A stretch of DNA of 63,837 nucleotides, counting the filler. It is 6 parts of 6 records of this genome, joined end to end, with 100 filler letters (N's around TTAATTAATTAA, not from the genome) between each part and the next. Parts side by side here need not be neighbours in the genome. Positions count along the whole stretch, not along the records: positions 1 to 11,104 come from SRR2962707_1968; 5 more parts are not named here. One strand, given 5' to 3'. Positions 1 to 9,400 of the stretch are shown one piece after another. The position numbers were made by a program, and so were the translations under genes. Numbering within the stretch: the first letter of the stretch is position 1; each line of letters begins with the position of its first letter. The notes beneath the pieces are model-generated. The model was not told where the DNA came from. It did no database searches and worked only from the letters and a program-made list of their open reading frames with translations.

Positions 1-29
1 GTGTGTGTGTGCGCGCGCGCGTGTGTGTG
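1..29. repeat. (GT)n/(GC)n dinucleotide microsatellite at the window/contig edge
   Basis: Reads gtgtgtgtgtgcgcgcgcgcgtgtgtgtg; the same repeat type starts contig 6. Confidence 0.9.
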
Positions 30-452
30 CATCGGTCAAGGAGGAAGGCTAGGATAGCTGTCATGTCTGCGTGTTATATCGCAAAGTCAGAGTGGTTTCA
101 ACTTCGACACGACACTATGAGAGGAGGAAGCAAAAAAGAAGGGGAATCGCCAAAGGTAAAACAAGACTGTGGCGTGTCTTGTGTGCTCAAGAGGTGTTGG
201 GGTGGTAAGGTCAGGAAGAACGAGCTGCCAGTTTGAGCAAGTCGGCTCGTTGCAGAAGATTGAGATAGAGAGACGGTGTGAAGAAGGAAATAGTTTTCAG
301 AACGTTGTGCATTGTGTGTGAAGAACGGTGTTTCTTTGTGCATGTTTGTTCAATGAACGTACGCGCAACATGGCTATTTTCGTTTTATTTTTATTTTTAA
401 TTAAAATTTGGATTGCACTGGTTTCATGGAAACAACACGGATCACTCCATTG

Positions 453-3400
453 TTATGTTGCATTTTGCAGTGCTACAAGTTGCGCAAGCACTTCCCTCAA
501 GCTGATTTCAAGTTCTTCAACGCGCTTCTTGAGTATGTCAACTTCATGGCCATCAACATTGGACTGATCTGCTAGGTGACGGCGACTTATGAGATCTAGC
601 AAATTGTAGTTGTCCACTCCATCACTGACAAGCACTTCTGTTGTACCCTCCAGGGTGATACTGTCGGCTGCCACCACGAAGTTGGTTGTTGCGGTTATGT
701 CCGCATTTTCGAAAGCCATCGTGACATCTCCGACAGCATCGAGCTCAAACGCATGGCAAGTCATTTCGATATTGCCGTCGTCGCCAGCTGCACTGACACC
801 GCCAGAGATTAAAACGTTTCCACCCTTTGCTGAAAATGCCGTGGCCCCACCGGAGACTACAATATCGCCCCCGACACCTTGCGTTCCCGTTGTATTTCCC
901 CCTTGCAGAAGCACTCCCCCGCCACCTGCGGTATGATCAGTTGAGCCCACCACCAATGAAATTCCTCCTCCAGTTCCACCTACAGCATTCCCCGTTTGCA
1001 CAGAAAAGGCACCTGAGGGTCCGTCGGTTGACGCGCCTGTCGAAAACGATACACTTCCGCTTGTGCCTGCCAGCCCAGCATCGGGAGTGTTCACAGCAAA
1101 ACTTCCACTTGAGGTTGCGGAGCTGGCCCCTGTCGACAGTGAAATGGCACCACCACCACCTGTTGTTGCTGCTCCGGCGGCGACTATAATTGCGCCACCT
1201 TGGGTGCCTTCACCAACGGTTAGCGAAATGTCGCCACTCGTGCTGACGCCGGAGTCTCCAGTGGACAAGGCAAGACTCCCGCTAACAGACCCCGCGCCAC
1301 TGGTCGCCACTGAGTCACCAGATCGGATGGAAACGTCGCCACTCTGCCCTATAGTTCCCGAATCCGCAGTGGCAATTGTTATTGCGCCGCTGCTAGTTTG
1401 TTCACTTGCTCCACTTGTGAGCGTAATTGCTCCGCCGGTAGTTCCATCTGCCGATTCTGTGGCTCCTGCAGACATTGATATCGATCCTCCTTCGCCGTCA
1501 CTACCTGTGCCTACAACAACTGCGATGGATCCAGCGACTCCACCCGTGGCATCTGATGTCAGTAGAGAGATCGCCCCCGAATCGCCAGCGGAGGCTATGC
1601 CTGAGACAAGGTCAATGTCCCCGGTCGCGTCGCTTGCGGCCGTGGCAATACTAATTCCTCCACTGACATCGCCACTGCCCGTCGAAAGTGTAACACCTCC
1701 GCCAATCGGAGCATTTGAGTCACCGACGGCAAACAAGATATCGCCACCACTTCCGCCTGATGCATCGCCGGTTGTAAAAGTGACCGATCCACTTGCACCG
1801 GCCGTGGCAACGCCTGACTTGAAGAGTAGGTCACCGCTGATACCACCAGTGGCACCACCGCCAGCAGCATTAGCTGTCCGAACCGTGAAATCTCCGCTTG
1901 ATGTGTCAGCGCCCAACCCAGTGGTAAGCGCAATGGATCCACCAGTGTCAGTGTCAGACCGGCCAGCTGTGAAAACAAGGTTTCCGCCTGGTGCACCATC
2001 TGCTACGCCAGCCAATAAGGAGATATCACCACTGGCATCGCCGTTGCTGGCCCCTGTTCTGAGCGTGATGGCGCCTGATTCGGCACTGGAAGTGTCCCCG
2101 GTGTTGATCACGATATCACCGCTTTGCCCTGTGCCGACGGGGACGTCAGCAGTGGCAATAGTGAAGTCGCCACTGGATGTTGAGCTGCTGCTTCCGGTTG
2201 TCAACGCAATAGTCCCTCCAGTCAAGTCGCTAGATGCGCCGCCATTGACAGTGATCGAGGCGCCCTGTCCCGAAGATGTGTCACCGGCCTGGAAGGTGAT
2301 GTCACCGCCTCGGCCAGCGGAACCACCATCGCCTGTCGTGATTGAGACAGATCCTGCGTCGTCCGTTGCCGCATCCCCTGTGGTCATGACAATGGCGCCA
2401 CTGTCGCCAACGGCGCCAAGCGCTGCGCCAGTGGATACTACAACAGCACCTCCTGAAGCATCGGCGCTTGCACCAGTCTCAATTGTGAGCTGCCCTCCAT
2501 CGCCTCCTGTGGCTTCGCCTATCGCAAAGAAGATGCCGCCGGACGCACCATCATCTGAGCCTCCAGTAGAAAATTCAAGGTGGCCACTTGTGCCACTTGT
2601 GCTGTTGCCTGATGAGAAGGCCAAACTGCCACTAACGCCGCTCAAGCCAGCGTCTGCAGTGGACACGCTGAAGTCACCACTTGATGTAGCTGTGCTCGCG
2701 CCCGTTACAAGAGAAATGGACCCTCCAGTATTGGCGGTGTCTGTTTGCCCTGCCTCTAATAGTATCAGCCCCCCTGTGGATAGTTCCCCGTCGCCGACAA
2801 GCAACAAAATATCGCCTCCGCTCCCGCCAGTCGCAGCACCAGTTGTGAGGCTGAGCATTCCGCTATCACCGTCTGCGTTGTCACCAGTAGAGAAGGACAG
2901 CTCTCCGGACGTGCTGTCTGTTGCAGAACCTGTAGACAGCCAGATGTGACCTGACGCCCCCACATTTCCAGCATCACTTGTCGCTAGCTCGATATGGCCG
3001 CTCGACGTAGAAACGCTACCGCCACTGGTGATTGACACAGATCCACCGATGTTGGAATCCGCAGTGCCAGCAAGCAAGCTCACGTCTCCCCCATCTCCGC
3101 TGTCCCCGAACCCGACCGAAAGCACGATCGATCCTGCCCGTCCGCTGGTTGCGTTGCTTGAACTGATTCGCATCTGTCCCGAGTTTCCTGCGTTTCCAGC
3201 TCCAGAAATCATAGACACATCTCCGCCATCACCCGAGCCAGCTCCGCTGCCCGCAAGGATGTTGATGGCACCCCCTGTGCCAGCCGCCGTCACCCCGCTG
3301 ACGATATCAATTTTTCCACCGTTGCCCGAGCTGCCTGAACCTACTCGCAGCAGGATGCTGCCACCAGCCCCGGAAGAACTGACCCCAGTGTAAATCTGCA

Positions 3401-6400
3401 TGGCCCCGCTGGTTCCATTGGTTGCTGCGCCACTGAAGAGTGATACAGGTCCACTCGCACCTGAAGCACCAGCATTGGCCGAACGAATGACAATCGCGCC
3501 GCTGGTCGTAGCAGTTCCTTCCCCAGACGAAATCATTACGGCGCCACCAGTTTCAGTTGCTGATTGGCCAGCACCCATTGTAAGAGAACCGCCAACGCCA
3601 AGGTCACCGTTGCCGACCGCGATGCTAATATCGCCTCCAGCCCCGTCTTGTGCAGGTCCACTGTAAATGGACACACTGCCAGAATTTGCGAAATCGGCAT
3701 CGCCGCTGCCAACGGTAACATCACCAGACAAACCATCTGCAGTCGCACCTGTCTTCAACAAGAGAGCTCCGCTTTCACCCAATGTGCCTCCCGGTGCAGT
3801 TCGCACGACAATGTCGCCGCTGGATGTGGCGGCGCCAGCACCTGACAGAACTGATAATGAACCACCCATCCCATCGCTTGAGTCACCTCCAGCTATCGAC
3901 ACACTTCCGCCCTGTGAGGATGTAACACCTTCACCAGCTAACAGCCAAATATCACCACCGCGGCCAGCCGCAGATGAACCAGTTTCAACCCGAATATCTC
4001 CAGCTGCACCAACTGTGGAATTACCTGTTCGGAGCGTTGCTGAGCCACTGGTTCCGGATGCCCCTGCATCGCTGGTGGCCAGCAAAAGAGCTCCACTTGA
4101 GGTAGCGACGCTACTGCCTGTCCGGAGCGTGATTTCTCCTCCAATTTCATTGCTGCTGGAACCCGCAAGAACACTCACGCCGCCGACTCCTTCATCGGAA
4201 AATGCAGTGGATAACGACAGTGAACCACTTGTCCCACCCGCTGCACCTCCGGATGAAATGCTGATTGCTCCTCCAACAGTGCTGGCAGTTGTCGATGTTG
4301 TCGCCCCGGCGCGAAGGGAGAGATCACCTCCGTTGTCGGACGTAGAGTTTCCAGCGAACAGATGTACAGCACCACCGTCTGCCGCGTCGGAAGATCCAAC
4401 GTGCACCACAAAACTCCCAACGTCGCCGCCAGGCGCATCCCCAGTCTCCAATCGAATGGACCCAGAATTTCCATTCGATGCCAACCCCGAAACCAATGAT
4501 ATGCTACCGCTCGCTCCGCTGGTTCCGGGACCATCGGGTGTGAAAATGGAAATATCACCAGATGAAACATCATCGCTTGCCCCCGAGCGAAGCGTGATGT
4601 CACCACCAGAACTGGCACCCGAATTTCCGGCAAATAGTGTGATGTCGCCACCTGCATCAATGTCTCCATCGCCGACAGCCATCAATATGGCGCCGCCACT
4701 TCCCGTGTCACTTACCCCAGTTGTGAAGCTGATGGAACCACTTGCGCCACTTGACGCTGTTCCTGATGCAAATGAGAGACTGCCACTGACGCCAACAAGC
4801 CCGGCGTTTGCAGAACTTATAGTCACTGCACCGCTTGACGTTGTTGTGCTTGCACCAGAGGAGATGGTCACGGAGCCCCCTTCCAAAGAAGCCCCATTCG
4901 TATGGCCAGACCCGAGAGCAACATCCCCGGCGTTCGAGTTTGCGCTATTCCCTGTGAAAAGGCTAATTCCCCCAGACGCGCCTTGACTTGCTCCGGTCAC
5001 GATGGTGATTGAACCGCTGCTTCCCGACGAGGCCACATTGCCAGTGACAAGTTGCAGATCGCCACTTGAATCTGAGCTGACGCCAGTGATCAGGTCAATA
5101 GACCCTCCGCTGCCAGAATCTCCAGCGCCAACGAGAATTGAAATACTGCCCCCAGTTCCATCAGTAGCTCCACCACTCGCAATGGCGATTGCACCGGAGG
5201 TCGAGGCTGACGCTTCACCGGACATCAACGCAATCGCGCCACTGACGCCGAAACTGCCTGCATTGCCACTTCTGATGGTGATGGCACCCGTCGACGAGTC
5301 TGACGCACCACTAACGAGCGTGACTGCACCTCCAGACTCAGACGCAGCTTCGCCTGCTGACAACACCAACTCACCCCCTATTCCCGAGTCGCCACCGCCG
5401 ACTGACATAGATAGAGCTCCTCCACGCCCATTCTCCGCAGCCAGAGACGCAATCGCGATTGAGCCTGACGATCCACCACTTGCAGAGCCTGCCGACAGTG
5501 CAAGCGACCCGCTCACCCCAAAGCTGCCAGCGTTGGGAGTTGTGATAGAAATGGTTCCACTGCTCGTTGAAGTTGACAAACCACTGGATAGTTCCAATGA
5601 ACCACCCACCGCAGCGTCCGTCGTCCCTGCGGCGATGAAAATACTCCCAGACGATGCACCTGAAGCGGTGCCCGTTCGAATATCGATATTCCCTGACTCA
5701 TCATCCACGTCGGACGAACCCGTTCCAATCCAAATAGCACCGCTGTCTCCGCCGGAGGCAGATGCAGTGCTCAGCAAAACGGCGCCACTGTGTGATGCGC
5801 TGCTTGCGCCTGATGCGACCAGCACATCGCCGCCGGCACTATTCGCAGCTGATCCAGCCTGTATGGTGATGGAACCACTTGTGGCAGTGCTACCTCGGGT
5901 CGATCCCGTTGATAACGCTAAACCTCCTGACGCGCCATTGCTACTAGTGCCCGATTTCAGGGATACTGCACCACTAGAGCCCGCGTTGCCACTGTTGGCA
6001 GAGGCAAGCGTAAGACTTCCACTTGAAGCATCTGCGCTGGCACCCGACTGAAGAGACACACGACCACCTTTCGACCCGGACAGAGTCGATCCCGCACTTG
6101 CTGAAAGCGATGCACCAGACGAGCTTGAGCTCGACCCAACAACAAGCTCAAGTGCCCCAGCCGTTGAATGGGAATTGCCCGAAGCGACAGATATTAGGCC
6201 AGAGCCTTTGGCTGTAGACGTACCTGTTGATAAAAGCAGCTCCCCACTGCCGCCAGTGGACCCGCCGTTGCTGGTCTTGATGTGAACGAATCCACTGGAT
6301 GCTCCCGCGCCTGACGCTAAATCAATAAAACCACCTTGGCCTGTGCTAGAGGCACCAGCAAAAATCTCAACATCGCCGCCATCGGCAAACGCAGCACTGC

Positions 6401-9400
6401 CAACATGCAACAGCAATCCACCGCTCGATCCTTGCGCGGCGGTTCCAGTGCTCAAGCGTAGGTATCCTGAATCGCCGACAACGCTATTTCCTGTTGCAAT
6501 CGCAATAGCTCCCGATGTTCCAACCTGTGAGGTGCCGGATGCAATTGCTATGGCACCACTGGACCCGGTGGAGCCAGCGTTATGAGATCCGACAACAACA
6601 CCTCCAGAAGAGGAAGTTGCAGTGTCTTGGCCTGAAATCAAAGTGATGGCACCTTCCGCGCCAGGGGAGTTCAGGTTGACAATTGAGAAGCTTCCTGCGG
6701 AAATTGTGACATCGCCAGCAGCGGACGAGCTGTCACCGACAGAAATCTCGACATCGCCGCTACGATCAACGGCACTGCCTGATGAAACCCGCACGTTACC
6801 AGAATCGCCGTACGAGGCAGTACCTGAAGTTAATTGCACATCTCCACTGCTGCCAGCGACTGATGCATCGGCGCTCGCAACAGAAACCATGCCACTGGAA
6901 CTCAAGGCACTTGAGCCTGACGTGAGCAAAATATCACCTCCAGCACTTGACGCACTCATGCCTCCCAGGAGCTGCAGATCTCCGCCACTTGAGCTTTCAC
7001 CGTTTGCCGCGCCTGCAGCAAGCACAGCATCACCTGCTTTGACGTTGGTAGACGTCGTTGCACCAGCTGTCAATGTCAGTTGACCACCGCTGCCGCTTCC
7101 GGCAATTCCTACACCAACCCACACGCTGCCAGCGCCAGCGCTTGTGCTGTCAGCGGACGCAACAATGACCGCGCCTGTGGCCCCACTTGCGGCGGTACCG
7201 CTTCCAACAGAAAGTGCGCCGGACTGGCCTGCACTGCTCGCGCTGCCTGATCGCATTTGAAGGTCCCCACTGTTACCAGTCATGCCAGCACCTGTCCAAA
7301 TAACAACGTCTCCGCCATTGAAACCTGCGCCCCCCAAAACAGAAATGGCGCCCCCAGATGATGTTGAGCTTTTGCCACCCACCAGCGCAATGCTACCAGC
7401 CTCAACCTCGGAAGCGCCAGACGTCACCGAAATATCTCCACCAGCTGCCCCAGAATCGCCAATGGCCAACTCCACGCTGCCTGCAGAGTCACTGTCTGAA
7501 GCCCCCGTTGCGATCATGATACCCCCCGTCGCTTCATCTTCGCGACTGTGAGACACCATTTGGATGCCTTGCTCACCAGCACTGACTTCGATTGCTGCAC
7601 TTGAATAGACAATGACGTCACCCCCCTCTTCTTGACCATTTCCAGAACTGATGGCAATTGTTCCGCCAATTCCACCACTACTTCCGGCAGAGAGATTGAT
7701 ATTGGAACCAGCGCTACTGCTGGAATAGCCTACGTGCAACGAAACATCACCTGCACGTCCTGTCGCTGCCCCAGAGGCAATGCGTACTTTTCCACTTGCT
7801 CCGTCAGCAGCAGTACCAGAGGCGACCGTGACGTGCCCGGTCGACGCGCTGTCGTGCGTGGCAAGATACAGTGCTCCTGCCATTTCTTCGACCGCAGCCA
7901 CTCCAGCCACCATCGTCATTACACCTGCTGACATTGTGACATGCCCAGCGTTACTCGACTGCGAGGCACCAACGCTCAAAGTGATGTCGCCAGACTTCAA
8001 CTTGGCATGGCCCGTTTTCATAGAAAGACTACCACTGCCACCATTAATTGCTGAACCTGACCACAAGTCCAGATTCCCACTCGACGCATCAGATGCCGCA
8101 GAAGTGACAGCAACGCCGCCACTTGAAAGAGACCCGGCACCGCTTCTGAGGATTAAATCACCACCAACGCCAGCAAAGCTCGAGCCGGCTGTGATGCCGA
8201 CGTTTGCTGCAGCACCGCTAGCGGAGCTTCCACCCCGAAGGTCTAGCGAACCTGCCTGTTCAAGGCTATCGCCAGTAGTCATTTGAATTGCACCAGATGG
8301 GCTCGTCTCGGCCGATGCTGTCTGCACACTGACACTTCCAGAGCCAGCAACGCCAGTTTCCGCAACAATTCGGACGTCACCGCCACGACTGACAGTGGAT
8401 GCACCGGATGTCAAAGTGGCGGTGCCGCCTTCGTGGGCAGCTGACGCGCCTGCTCGCAAGGACAAGATGCCCCCCACTCCCAACTGTGAAGGCCCGACTT
8501 GCAACGAAATGTGTCCTGCATTATCATTGGCAGCGGACGTGGCGACAGTGACAGACCCAGATGCACCTTGTGCTGAGGATCCAGTCTGCAAAAGAATATT
8601 GCCACTTGCTTGTCCTGCCGGAGTTTCAATCGCAACGTTCCCTGAAGTAGCTTCAGCCGACGCGCCGGATAGAATAGAAGCAGACCCTCCCACTTGCACT
8701 GACAACCCTGCTTGGAGCACAATGGCACCAGATTTTTCACCAACCCCTGTCCCAATGTGCACAGGTCCGCTGCGAGCGTCAGATGATGACCCAGTTGAAA
8801 TCAAGACAGACCCAGTGTTCGAGTTGACAGAACTGCCAGTGGTCATTTGGATGTGCCCTGACGCCGAGGCGATGGCTACACGACTAGATCCAGCGGCAAA
8901 CGTTACGCTGGCGTCATGAGCTTTAGCCGAGTTGTCAGCAGTTGCGATGGCAATGGATCCACTGCTGGACGACGATTCCCCAACACGCAAAATGACACTA
9001 CCGGATGCACCAGCATCGCTTCGGCCTGACAGAAGTGCAATATCTCCAGAAGTCCCTTCCGTGCTTGACCCTGTGGACAGACGAGCGCGCCCAGACGAGA
9101 CACTGTCAGCAGATCCAATGTCAACATCACCAGAGGTGTCCGAAGCCGACCATCCACTACCAAGGGCCAGGTGACCTCCAGGTTCTGTGAGAGCAGCACC
9201 TGACAACACGGCCACAGCGCTACCCTGCGCAGAATTACTTGCACCAACTGACACAGATATTGATCCAGCGTTCGAAGCGTCACCAGATTGCACCGACAGA
9301 CTGCCAGATTGTGCATTGCTTGCGGCAGATGCAATATCGATGCCACCACTCGTCATTCCGCTTACATCGCTCATTAGCGAGATCTGACGGTCGCTAAGCA

